NCBI GenBank assembly: GCA_001872735.1
Contig: MNWT01000005.1
Coordinates: 205,312-269,311, forward strand
Reading direction: 5' to 3'
Origin: Verrucomicrobia bacterium CG1_02_43_26
GTDB taxonomy: Bacteria; Verrucomicrobiota; Verrucomicrobiia; Opitutales; CG1-02-43-26
DNA: 64,000 nucleotides
Shown here piece after piece: positions 9,508-19,065 of the stretch. The notes beneath the pieces are model-generated. The model had not been told where the DNA came from. It saw only the letters and a program-made list of their open reading frames with translations, and ran no database searches. A program made the translations under genes and the position numbers. Every line of letters begins with the position of its first letter. Within the stretch, counting starts at the first letter, position 1.

Positions 9508-10499
9508 TCGCTGAAATATCCGGCAATCATAAGCAGGATATTAAGCACGCAAAAAAATTAATCAAAGCAGCTGTCGATGCTGGGGCCGATGCCGTTAAGC
9601 TACAAACTTATACGCCGGACACGCTCACGTTACCGGTGGATGCGCCCGATTTTTACGAAAACAACACCCTCTGGAATGGAAGGCATTTGTACGATATGTA
9701 CCAAGAAGGCATGACTCCTTGGGAATGGCTCCCGGAGCTCAATCGATTCGCTCAAGAACTTGGTACTACGCTATTCAGCACTCCCTTCGATGAGACAGCA
9801 GTCGATTACTTAGAAAAGGCTATTAACCCCGTTCTATACAAAGTCGCATCACTTGAAATCAACCACCTGCCATTACTAAGGCATATTGGTAAAACCCAAA
9901 AACCCGTGCTCCTCAGTACTGGTATGGCTACCGAAAAAGAAATTCATGTGGCGATCGATACCCTTTATACGGCTGGAACGCCAAGCATCGTTCTCTTAAA
10001 ATGCGTCAGCGCCTATCCCGCGGATCCCACCGATTTTAATTTACGATCTATTCCAGCAATGGCCTCTAAATTCAATTGCCTCATCGGGCTCTCAGACCAT
10101 TCCCTGGGGAATGAAATTGCCATTAGCGCCATCACACTAGGTGCCTGCGTGATCGAAAAGCATATTGTTATGGATCGTAATGATGGCAGCCTAGATGCCG
10201 GTTTTGCATTAGAACCTGAAGAATTTAAACAACTGGCAAACGCTTTAAAACTGGTCTACAAAGCATTTGGAACGGATAAAATAGGCCCTACGCAGCAAGA
10301 AGAGTCTCGCCTACGCTTTCGCAGGTCCATCTTCGTCTCTCAAGACATTAAAAAAGATGAAGTATTTACCCCGCAAAACATAAAGATTATACGCCCCGCA
10401 ACTGGCTTGCACCCAATATTTTGGGAAAGTTTACTGGGTCAAAAAGCAAAACAAGATCTCCCTGCGGGAACTCCACTTACAAAAGCTCATTTGCCGTAA
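9447..10499 (+). CDS. pseI: Nonulosonic (pseudaminic/sialic-type) acid synthase, NeuB/PseI family
   Basis: PFLIAEISGNHKQD, GADAVKLQTY, a NeuB TIM-barrel pattern and a C-terminal SAF/antifreeze-like domain (IKIIRPATGLHP). The PseI assignment over NeuB/LegI rests only on adjacency to pseB. Confidence 0.8.
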   Translation: MAKRFSINNKEISPKESPFLIAEISGNHKQDIKHAKKLIKAAVDAGADAVKLQTYTPDTLTLPVDAPDFYENNTLWNGRHLYDMYQEGMTPWEWLPELNRFAQELGTTLFSTPFDETAVDYLEKAINPVLYKVASLEINHLPLLRHIGKTQKPVLLSTGMATEKEIHVAIDTLYTAGTPSIVLLKCVSAYPADPTDFNLRSIPAMASKFNCLIGLSDHSLGNEIAISAITLGACVIEKHIVMDRNDGSLDAGFALEPEEFKQLANALKLVYKAFGTDKIGPTQQEESRLRFRRSIFVSQDIKKDEVFTPQNIKIIRPATGLHPIFWESLLGQKAKQDLPAGTPLTKAHLP

Positions 10500-10513
10500 G
10501 CAGCTATTTTTCG

Positions 10514-10999
10514 CTATAGTTTACTGGTTAGCCAATCAACGCATCTATCCAAAGCTAATTCTTTGAGCCCGCTTTGAGGATGTTCATAGCGATGGTAATC
10601 CTTGAGTTTTAGCGCTAGGAAAAAGGATACGGTAAAATCGTTTTCCTTCATAACTTGCTCATAAACTTTCCTAGCAACCCCCACAGGATCGAGCTTCTTG
10701 CCTTTTGTTGTAGCTACTTCAATGAGCCGTTCTCTGATCTCCTTTTTTGCATAACTATTTCCCTTCTCAATTAAGAGCTTTGTCGATTCTTCATCAAACG
10801 TCTTTAAATAGCGAATTCCCTCAGTTAACAAATGATTACCTTTCCCGAACAGAACTGGCCGCACTCCTCCTACAGGGATCGTTAAATACTGTTCATAAGT
10901 TCCTAGTGCGCAATTTAATAAACAGAAGATTTTAATAAACTCCTGTTTGCCCAAAATTCTTGTGTACAAAGATGGGCATTTAACACTTATTGTCTTCAT
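10514..10999 (-). CDS. Hypothetical protein
   Basis: 161-aa ORF with no competing ORF and no recognisable motif. Confidence 0.5.
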   Translation of the reverse strand: MKTISVKCPSLYTRILGKQEFIKIFCLLNCALGTYEQYLTIPVGGVRPVLFGKGNHLLTEGIRYLKTFDEESTKLLIEKGNSYAKKEIRERLIEVATTKGKKLDPVGVARKVYEQVMKENDFTVSFFLALKLKDYHRYEHPQSGLKELALDRCVDWLTSKL

Positions 11000-11099
11000 A
11001 ATTGATCCATCTGTTAGGGGTTTTTCAGGGGTATTGGTTTGCCATTGAGGCCCACAGAACTAGATTGTATTTTCAAACGGTATTATGTAAAGTCTCTTT

Positions 11100-12185
11100 A
11101 TGGTAAAGAAAGCTGTAACAAAAAAACCTAAAACACCCGAATTCCTCATAGACCTCCTGAATGCCCGTTCCCCATCAGGTTATGAGCAAGAGGCTCAAGC
11201 AGTGATCGATAAATACGTCAAGCCCTCGGCTGACGTTTACGAAAAAGACACCATGGGCAACCGTTTCGCTACCTTAAACCCGAAGGGTAACCCCGTTGTC
11301 ATGTTCGCAGGGCATATGGATGAACTCGGATTAATGGTCCACTACATTGACGATAAGGGTTTTGTGTATTTTAATACCATCGGTGGCCATGACCTTTCTA
11401 TAATCTCGGGTAGACGTGTTCAAATTTTAACAAAAAACGGTACTATCCACGGCGTCACCGGCAAACGTGCTATCCACCTCATGACACCGGAAGACCGTAA
11501 AAAAGTTCCCCAACGTCATGAAATCTGGATTGACGTTGGCGCCCAGGACAAAAAAGAAGCCGAATCGCTTGTCGAGATCGGCGACCCTATTGTCTATGAT
11601 CATGGTTTCCAAATCCTTCGCAAATGTCGTGCAACAGCTCGCGCCTTTGACGATAAAGCAGGCTGCTTTGTTGTCTGCGAGACACTCAGAAGGCTTGCTC
11701 AAGAAAAAACTAAACTACAGGCGAAAATCGTCTCCGTAGCAACCACCCAGGAAGAAGTCGGCACCCGCGGCGCTATCCTCTCCGGTTATTCCGTTAACCC
11801 GGACATTGCCGTTGCCGTTGACGTAGGTCATGCGACAGATAGCCCAGATTGCGACAAACGCCAATTCGGCGAATTTTATTTGGGCAAAGGTCCCATTATC
11901 TGCCGTGGCGCAAATATTAACCCCTTTGTCTTCGAGCGCCTTGTCGCCGTTGCCAAAGCCAATAAAATCCCTTACCAAGTGGAAGCAGAACCGGGACCAA
12001 CCGGCACCGATGCCCGCTCTATTCAAATATCGAGACAAGGGGTAGCCACTGGGCTAGTCTCCATACCACTTCGCTACATGCATACGCCCAGTGAAGTAGT
12101 TGACCTCGAAGATGTTGAAAATGCAATCAAACTTCTTGTTGCTTTCTCTAAGTCTATCAAAAAGACCGACACTGGTATTTGGTAA
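11100..12185 (+). CDS. M42 family metallopeptidase (FrvX/CelM-like aminopeptidase)
   Basis: Motifs AGHMDELG, FDDKAGC, TTQEEVGTRGA and RYMHTPSE, typical of the M42 glutamyl aminopeptidase family. Confidence 0.85.
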   Translation: MVKKAVTKKPKTPEFLIDLLNARSPSGYEQEAQAVIDKYVKPSADVYEKDTMGNRFATLNPKGNPVVMFAGHMDELGLMVHYIDDKGFVYFNTIGGHDLSIISGRRVQILTKNGTIHGVTGKRAIHLMTPEDRKKVPQRHEIWIDVGAQDKKEAESLVEIGDPIVYDHGFQILRKCRATARAFDDKAGCFVVCETLRRLAQEKTKLQAKIVSVATTQEEVGTRGAILSGYSVNPDIAVAVDVGHATDSPDCDKRQFGEFYLGKGPIICRGANINPFVFERLVAVAKANKIPYQVEAEPGPTGTDARSIQISRQGVATGLVSIPLRYMHTPSEVVDLEDVENAIKLLVAFSKSIKKTDTGIW

Positions 12186-12250
12186 TTCGGCACGATTGCT
12201 TTGACAGTCAAATAAATCATTGTTAATCTTTCTTGAAAACAAGATTAACA

Positions 12251-13147
12251 ATGATTTATCTCATCACCGTCTCCCTCATTTGGGCCTTTTCATTCGGCTT
12301 AGTCAAAACAGGTCTATCTGGCCTGGATCCTCACTTTTTGGCATTTGGCAGAATCCTGTGCGCACTGCCGCTGTTTCTTCCCTTCTTAGTTGTTAAGTCC
12401 CTTAATCGATCGCTTACAATTCGCCTACTCCTCATCGGGGCAATGCAATATGGCGTGTGCTATTTAGCTTATCTATTTGCATTTCAATATCTAGACAGTC
12501 ATCAAGTAGCATTATTTGCCATTATGATGCCTCTTTATATCGTCTTTATAAACGGCATTTACGAGAGAAAATTCCCAAAGTACAGTCTTATCATGGCCAG
12601 TTTGGCTGTTTTGGGAGCAGGCATCATAAAATACGATGGTATGTCGTTTCAAAATCTTCTTACGGGATTCATTTGCATGCAAATAGCGAATATTTCATTC
12701 GCATTAGGGGAAATCCAATACCGCCGCCTGCGTCATCAAAACCCACATTTAGTGGATAGAGAAATTTATGCCATCGTCTTCACAGGCGCTTTAATCATAA
12801 CCGCAATTGCTACAACCGTTGCCGGAGACTGGTCAACCCTCTCAATGATGAGCGCTAAGCAAGTCATCATATTAGCCTTTCTAGGTGTTTTCGCCACAGG
12901 GCTTGGTTTCTTCTGGTGGAACAAAGGTGCTGTGGTTTCCAAAATCGCTACATTGGCTGTTTTTCATAATATCAAAGTGCCATTAGCGATTCTTTCCTCA
13001 CTGATTATCTTTGGCGAGCACACAGATTACGAGCGCCTTATTTTAGGCGGCTGCGTGATGTTTATCGCTGTCTATCTTTCGCAAAAAGGCTTCTCCTCCC
13101 TCTTACCAAATTCATTAAGAAAAAAAGAGCAACCGCTTAATCCCTAA
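12251..13147 (+). CDS. EamA/DMT-family transporter
   Basis: About 10 TM helices in two EamA-like halves. ATG at 12251 is preferred over the TTG at 12233. Confidence 0.75.
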   Translation: MIYLITVSLIWAFSFGLVKTGLSGLDPHFLAFGRILCALPLFLPFLVVKSLNRSLTIRLLLIGAMQYGVCYLAYLFAFQYLDSHQVALFAIMMPLYIVFINGIYERKFPKYSLIMASLAVLGAGIIKYDGMSFQNLLTGFICMQIANISFALGEIQYRRLRHQNPHLVDREIYAIVFTGALIITAIATTVAGDWSTLSMMSAKQVIILAFLGVFATGLGFFWWNKGAVVSKIATLAVFHNIKVPLAILSSLIIFGEHTDYERLILGGCVMFIAVYLSQKGFSSLLPNSLRKKEQPLNP

Positions 13148-13184
13148 ACGGCTGCTCTTTTTGAAATCATTCTGAGAAACTAAA

Positions 13185-13340
13185 TCACTCAGCAGGCTTT
13201 GTCTTACGAAGCCCCATAACGGAGTTCCCCTCAGACCACTGTCCACGCTCTTTTAAGAGCTTAATGCGGTCAAAACGTTTAAGCACGGTCTTCTTCTTTC
13301 CTGAACCGCCTCCTTGATTAAAACTTCTGTGTCGTGACAT
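13185..13340 (-). CDS. Small basic protein (51 aa)
   Basis: Manual translation gives MSRHRSFNQGGGSGKKKTVLKRFDRIKLLKERGQWSEGNSVMGLRKTKPAE. It is below the ORF-track length cut-off. It resembles the conserved 'small basic protein' family as I remember it (KRFxRxxLLxxRGQW...GLxKTKP). Confidence 0.6.
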   Translation of the reverse strand: MSRHRSFNQGGGSGKKKTVLKRFDRIKLLKERGQWSEGNSVMGLRKTKPAE

Positions 13341-13452
13341 AATAAATCTTCCTACAATTAAAATTTCAAATTTCTAGTAAAAGGAATAACCTTCCTGCGG
13401 TCAAGTATAAATCAATTTATTTCTAATATATTCCCTAAAACGAAGGATTTTT

Positions 13453-14589
13453 TCAATCCTCAAAGGTAATTTTGGCATTTTTAATCCAAGAACACTGCTT
13501 TGCAAAGGTTATACCAGCTTTCCCCATACGCTTACGTAACTCTGGTTGCTCAATTAAGCGCGTCAACATCTTGGATAACTCATCAACACCACCAACAGGG
13601 GCTAAAAAGCCGGTTTTGTTGTCTAAAACCGCATCGGAAACGCCTCCAGAATCATACCCTACAACGGGAAGTCCACTTGCCGAAGCTTCCAAATAACTTA
13701 GCCCAAAGCCCTCGATACTATTCTGGTAAGGAATACTGGCCATTACAAATATATCGGCCTCATGGTAGCAGCGGGGCAACGCTTCTTCAGGCACTTCACC
13801 CAAGTATGCTATGTTAATATGGTGCGTTTGGGCATATTGTTTGATTTGTTCGAAATAGGCTGCCTTAACAATAGGCCCGGCAATCTGGTAAACTACTTTT
13901 TCCTTTAACGCTGACGGCATAGCGTTAATTGCCTCCAGCACCTGCATTTGCCCTTTTCTGGGGTGCAGGCGTGCCACTGTCAGTAATTTTACCGTATTAC
14001 TCATTAAATGGGTGTCCCTAGGGGGTATCGGTACAAATTCGCTACGTAGAGCACCCGGGGCAACAACCGTTCTTCCGCTCGCTTCCGGAAAATAGTCGCA
14101 AAGGGTTTTTTCACAATACTTGGAAAACAAAAGAATTCTATCAGTATCCCGCAACAAACTTCGAAATAAGCATTTTAACAGCCTGCTTTTCCCAAAGCGT
14201 AAAATCTCACTGCCGTGCAGGATTAAAATTAATTTCTGTGGCTGGATACGTTTAAATAGCCTTAAATACATAAACGCTAAAATTGGTCCGGGCTCTGGCA
14301 AACACAGTACCCCTTTCGCAATTTTGTCTTTATAGCGCATCATTTCCCGCATAGTCACAATGCGGCAACCCCATCCATGGGTTCCTCTATTGTTCAAAGG
14401 CACAGTGCTATAGGGAAATAAGTGCGTTTTGAAAGCAGAATGCTTTGGAGCAAAAACGGTTACTTCTCGCCCAAAACCGGCTAGAGATTTGGCCATTTCT
14501 TGCACACAAATAGAAATTCCGGCTTTTTTAGGGAAAAACTCATGTGTAAAAATGTATATTGGCCTACTTTTCTGCTTTGCGGAAGACAC
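13453..14589 (-). CDS. Glycosyltransferase family 4 (GT-B fold)
   Basis: C-terminal EX7E-type motif IEGFGLSYLEASASGLPVV and a typical GT4 N-terminus (PIYIFTHEFFPKKAGI). Confidence 0.85.
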   Translation of the reverse strand: MSSAKQKSRPIYIFTHEFFPKKAGISICVQEMAKSLAGFGREVTVFAPKHSAFKTHLFPYSTVPLNNRGTHGWGCRIVTMREMMRYKDKIAKGVLCLPEPGPILAFMYLRLFKRIQPQKLILILHGSEILRFGKSRLLKCLFRSLLRDTDRILLFSKYCEKTLCDYFPEASGRTVVAPGALRSEFVPIPPRDTHLMSNTVKLLTVARLHPRKGQMQVLEAINAMPSALKEKVVYQIAGPIVKAAYFEQIKQYAQTHHINIAYLGEVPEEALPRCYHEADIFVMASIPYQNSIEGFGLSYLEASASGLPVVGYDSGGVSDAVLDNKTGFLAPVGGVDELSKMLTRLIEQPELRKRMGKAGITFAKQCSWIKNAKITFED

Positions 14590-14638
14590 GCAATAGAGTT
14601 TAATCTTAAGTTCGGCCTATAAGCAAGCCACATATTTT

Positions 14639-15457
14639 ATGTCCAAATTATCCAATTATTACACAAGGGCACTCGTCACGGGTGGAGGCTCCGGGCTCGG
14701 TAAAGCATTCGCGGATATGTTGCGCCATGAAGGCATAGAGGTTTGGATCACTTCCCGAGCTCCCGAAAAGTTGCCCAAAGATACTCCTTTCCATTGCTTG
14801 CAACTGGATTTATTAGATAACACTTCTCTAGACAAGCTTATCCAAAGAGTAAATTCTGATGAATTATCGTTCGATCTACTCATAAACAATGCAGGCGCAG
14901 GTTCATTTTATCCCTTTGAAGAATTTCCCAAACAAGAGATAGAGGATCAAGTTCAACTCCTGTGCACCGGCCCCATTCTGCTTACCCAAGCTTTTTACAA
15001 AAAAATGCTGGCTAACAAAAAGGGAACCATCGTAAATATCAGCTCGCTTGGCGGCATTTTCCCTATACCGTTGCTTTCCTTGTATAGTGGTGCTAAAAGC
15101 GCCCTCTCTACTTTTACCGGAAGTTTAATTCTGGAAGCAACAGGATCTGGCATCCATGTAGTCGACATCCAGCCGGGCGATTACCAGACTGCGTTTAACG
15201 ATGTCGCTCATAAAGATACATCTTTTTCGAATAAACATTTCCACAAGGCGTGGGCTGCCATAGAAAAACACAGACACGCAGCCCCCACTGCTGAACACGC
15301 GGCAAAAGCGCTTAGAAAAATATTGCTGAAGCAAAAAAGCGGCCAGTATGCGATTGGAGATCTTTTTCAGTCTAAAATCGGCCCCTGCCTCGCCAAAATT
15401 GCTCCTAGAAGCCTCGTCCTCTGGTTTTTAAAAAGGTATTACCATCTCAATACATGA
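14639..15457 (+). CDS. Short-chain dehydrogenase/reductase (classical SDR)
   Basis: TGGGSGLG cofactor motif, NNAG, and the catalytic YSGAKSA motif. Confidence 0.85.
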   Translation: MSKLSNYYTRALVTGGGSGLGKAFADMLRHEGIEVWITSRAPEKLPKDTPFHCLQLDLLDNTSLDKLIQRVNSDELSFDLLINNAGAGSFYPFEEFPKQEIEDQVQLLCTGPILLTQAFYKKMLANKKGTIVNISSLGGIFPIPLLSLYSGAKSALSTFTGSLILEATGSGIHVVDIQPGDYQTAFNDVAHKDTSFSNKHFHKAWAAIEKHRHAAPTAEHAAKALRKILLKQKSGQYAIGDLFQSKIGPCLAKIAPRSLVLWFLKRYYHLNT

Positions 15458-17646
15458 AAATCGTCATTTTACAAGATTACTTACGTTGCGGGGGCACGGA
15501 AAAACAAAGCGTCTTCCTGGTAAACCATTTAAATGAAGCTGGCTATGATGCCCTGCTAATCACACTCAGACCGGGTGGCCTACTCTGGGATGAGGTCAAA
15601 GATGAAAAGGTTTTTTCCTTACAAAAAGGGGATACCGGTTTCGATTGGTATGCTCCGAGATTATTTAAAACCATCAAAAAACTCTCACCGGATATCGTTA
15701 TCTGCATGGGGCGGATCGCAAACATGTATGGCAGCTTTGTGCAAAACCGTTTCCCTAAGCTTCATGTTATCAGCACATTGCGTACAGGAAAAAAGCTTTC
15801 TTGCCTCTACAAACGTTCTCTTAAAACGTCTAAAAGCATTTTAACGAATTGCCAATGGTGGAAAAACGACTTACTGAAACGTGGGTTTAATTCGAATAAA
15901 ATTGAGGTGATTCCCAATCCCATCGTTCTGTCGCAATCCATTTCTTTCTCAAGTGAAGATCGCTTAGAGCAGCGAAAAAAATTTGGAGCTAGTGAAGACA
16001 CTATCATTTTTATCTGCGTACAAGGGTTTCGCCCAGGCAAAAACCACGCAAAGCTCATTGAACATTTTGCTAAATTAGACAGAAAAGCAAATTGGCAGCT
16101 ATGGCTAGTGGGCGAAGGGGAGCAAAAAAGGGCCTGCGAGGTGATCGTCAACCAACTCGGCTTAGGAGACAAAATTCACTTCATGGGTTTTCAAAAGAAT
16201 CCTGCCCCGTATTACCAGGCTGCAGACGTTGCCGTTTCCACGTCTAAAGAAGACGCTTTCCCTAATTTCATCATAGAAGCGCAATCCCTCGGGCTGCCGA
16301 TTATCGCAGTCGATACGGTGGGCGTGCAGGAGGCTTTTATCCCGAACCAATCGGGTTTTCTGGTCTCCCATGATCGTCCTGAGGAATTCGTAAAATATCT
16401 GGAGCTCTTTTTGCAAAGCCCAAATCAAATTCAAAAAATGGGCGAAGTCGGTCGCATATATGCACAAGACCACTTTTCTCCTGATGTTATTAAAAAGCAA
16501 ATCGACCAATACTTCGAAATGCGCACCAAAAAGCATAAGGGTCGAGTCATCGTACTGGCCAGATGGCTCACCTATGGAGATGGCGTTTCCATTGATGCCT
16601 TGGGCACATATTATTCTTTGATAGACGCAGGGTATGATGCTCACATTTATGCAAACGAACGTCATTCTTCTTTGAAGCATGAGCCCATTAAAAGTTTTAA
16701 AGTGCTTCAAAAGCTGCCACTCACCGAAGACGACATTCTCATCTACCACTTCACTTCGGGATGGAACGAGGGCATAGCGTTTCTTAGGAAAACGCCTTGT
16801 AAGAAGGTGCTTCGCTATCATAACGTCACGCCCGCGGAGTTTTTTGAAGGCTATAGCGAAAGCCACACCAAGCGGTGCCGTGAGGGTCGCGCATTCTTGT
16901 CTGAACTATGCAAAATAGACTGGTATAGGGCTTGTACCCCATCTAACTACAATGCTAATGAGTTAATTAGCCACGGCCTAGATCCAAAAATCACACAAAC
17001 ACTGATCTCCTTCACGCCTGTAGACAGCTTGGTATCTCATATTAAAACAAGCTCAGATCCTCAGGAAAAATACCTCCCGGGTACACCGGTTAATATCCTT
17101 TCTGTCGGGCGAATATCGCCTCAAAAGAATCATGCAGATCTTATCCGCGCGTTCGCCTTTTATCATAAAGAGCATAATCCCAATAGCCAACTAACCCTTT
17201 TTGGGAAGCAAAATCGCTATCTCAAAAAATATGTGGAGGACTTAAATAACCTCGCCAAGGAACTAGAAGTAGACCATGCCTTGATCTGGATCAATGGCGG
17301 TTCAGACAATGTACTCCATCACGCCTACCAAAAAGCGCATATTTTTGCCAAAACGAGCAAACATGAAGGCCTTTGCGTCCCTTTAATTGAAGCAATGGCC
17401 GAACAAGTCCCCATAGTCGCCTTTGCCTATGCAGCCGTCCCAGAAACAGTAGGTGGCGCAGGGATGATCATCCCTGATAATGACCCTCATAAAATGGCAG
17501 AAGCCTTTCACCGCATCATAAATGACGAACATGAAAGGGCTATTCTTCTCAAAAACGCAGCTCTTCGCTATCAAGAGCACTTTCAGTCTTCTGCGATTAA
17601 GCTCCAATTCCTACAATTTATAAATAGCTTATCTCCAAATAGATGA
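15454..17646 (+). CDS. Fused tandem glycosyltransferase (two GT4 modules in one 730-aa protein)
   Basis: Two separate EX7E-type motifs, EDAFPNFIIEAQSLGLPII at about residue 265 and HEGLCVPLIEAMAEQVPIV at about residue 640. Each is preceded by a Rossmann-like half. The ATGA overlap with the SDR stop suggests translational coupling. Confidence 0.8.
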   Translation: MKIVILQDYLRCGGTEKQSVFLVNHLNEAGYDALLITLRPGGLLWDEVKDEKVFSLQKGDTGFDWYAPRLFKTIKKLSPDIVICMGRIANMYGSFVQNRFPKLHVISTLRTGKKLSCLYKRSLKTSKSILTNCQWWKNDLLKRGFNSNKIEVIPNPIVLSQSISFSSEDRLEQRKKFGASEDTIIFICVQGFRPGKNHAKLIEHFAKLDRKANWQLWLVGEGEQKRACEVIVNQLGLGDKIHFMGFQKNPAPYYQAADVAVSTSKEDAFPNFIIEAQSLGLPIIAVDTVGVQEAFIPNQSGFLVSHDRPEEFVKYLELFLQSPNQIQKMGEVGRIYAQDHFSPDVIKKQIDQYFEMRTKKHKGRVIVLARWLTYGDGVSIDALGTYYSLIDAGYDAHIYANERHSSLKHEPIKSFKVLQKLPLTEDDILIYHFTSGWNEGIAFLRKTPCKKVLRYHNVTPAEFFEGYSESHTKRCREGRAFLSELCKIDWYRACTPSNYNANELISHGLDPKITQTLISFTPVDSLVSHIKTSSDPQEKYLPGTPVNILSVGRISPQKNHADLIRAFAFYHKEHNPNSQLTLFGKQNRYLKKYVEDLNNLAKELEVDHALIWINGGSDNVLHHAYQKAHIFAKTSKHEGLCVPLIEAMAEQVPIVAFAYAAVPETVGGAGMIIPDNDPHKMAEAFHRIINDEHERAILLKNAALRYQEHFQSSAIKLQFLQFINSLSPNR

Positions 17647-17707
17647 CTTGCCAAACCCTTGTATATTTGATATAAATCTTAACCAAACATAATTTTTTAT
17701 TCATATA

Positions 17708-19048
17708 ATGCTTTCTCCCTTAAGAACATACTTTTTAATTCCTTGTATCGCCTTGTTACTCATGCTAGCAAAGGGCGTTGCTCAGGATATTGAAGCGGCG
17801 GCTCCTCAACTCCACTCCATCCTTTTACCCGAGCAGGCGTTCCCGGAACTCTCAGACATTTTAAGGAAAGCAGAAGAAAATGCTCCACAAATTCTAATCC
17901 GCTCCGAATTGGTTACTGAAGCGGAAGGAAATAAAAAGTCCATGGCTTCGCGAAAGCTCCCTCAGCTATCTGGGGGGTATCAAGTTCTCGCAATCATTCG
18001 AAAGCGTGATAATGAAGACAATTTTTCCAAAGCTCAATATGTACCCACGGGAAGCTTAACCCTTAGCCAAGCCCTTTACCACTGGGGCAGCATAGATGCG
18101 GAAAAGCGTATCGGCGAAATACAACACAAACTGAGTAAAATGGACTTTAACCAAGCGAAGGCTCACCTACTAAAGGAAATACGCCGGAGCTACTTGGAAA
18201 TCTATGCGCTCAACTTCAATAAACAGCTCGCGGAAGAAAAGTTAGAGCTTGCGCAAAAAAACTTAAAAGATGCGGAAGACAAGGCTGCCATGAAAATAGT
18301 ATCAGCCCATCAACTCGACATCGCCCGCATTCAATACAATGAAGCTCAATTCGAACTCGCCTATATTTCAAACAACTTAGAGAACGCTACTAGTTACTTT
18401 TGTGATTTAACAGGTGGGGAAAAACCTAATATGGGACAAAGCTTACCGCCCCAGAAACTAGCTCAAAGCATCTTGGATAAAAATCCACAACTCGACCCAA
18501 CGGACCTCTCTCCTCGCTATTATGCATTAGAGCAAGAGCTCGAAATCGAAAAGAACAATTTCATTCGCATTCACTCGGAACAGTTACCTAAATTAAATTT
18601 CCTCACCGGTGTTTTTGAAGACAATGTTGATAGCACGACAAGTGACAGTGGTGTTAGACGGGCCAATGTTTTTGCAGGCCTCGAAGTTCGATGGAATATT
18701 TTTGATGGTTTTCGTACCGAAGGCCAGCGAATCACCTCAAAAGCAAAGCAACGACGGATCAAACTCGAGCTCAAACAAGAACGCCAAAAGACCCTCAGGG
18801 AAACCTCTCATATCTTACGCGGGCTAGCCATCGAGCGTGATCACATCAAAATCCAAATGCAAAAATTGGCTCTCAATGAAAATCAACTCAACGCCCAACA
18901 AGATTTATTTGACCAAGGTATTATCCAATATACTGATTTCTTAAGCTCTAAGAGCAATCGCGATGCCGTAGAATATCAGCTGGCAAACCTCATTAGAGAA
19001 TACTTTAACCATGTAAACGAATTTCTTATCTATACTTCAAAAATATAA
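17708..19048 (+). CDS. TolC-family outer-membrane efflux protein
   Basis: Signal peptide and two repeated coiled-coil/beta halves. The TolC-like pattern includes (W)NIFDGFRTEGQ and a size of about 446 aa. Confidence 0.8.
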   Translation: MLSPLRTYFLIPCIALLLMLAKGVAQDIEAAAPQLHSILLPEQAFPELSDILRKAEENAPQILIRSELVTEAEGNKKSMASRKLPQLSGGYQVLAIIRKRDNEDNFSKAQYVPTGSLTLSQALYHWGSIDAEKRIGEIQHKLSKMDFNQAKAHLLKEIRRSYLEIYALNFNKQLAEEKLELAQKNLKDAEDKAAMKIVSAHQLDIARIQYNEAQFELAYISNNLENATSYFCDLTGGEKPNMGQSLPPQKLAQSILDKNPQLDPTDLSPRYYALEQELEIEKNNFIRIHSEQLPKLNFLTGVFEDNVDSTTSDSGVRRANVFAGLEVRWNIFDGFRTEGQRITSKAKQRRIKLELKQERQKTLRETSHILRGLAIERDHIKIQMQKLALNENQLNAQQDLFDQGIIQYTDFLSSKSNRDAVEYQLANLIREYFNHVNEFLIYTSKI

Positions 19049-19065
19049 ATTCATACACCACTACC

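Noticed and set aside
16162-16866. A 234-aa minus-strand ORF nested inside the double GT4 gene.
   Set aside because: It is fully antisense to a CDS with strong motif support, and it has no motifs and an odd composition. It is probably a shadow ORF.
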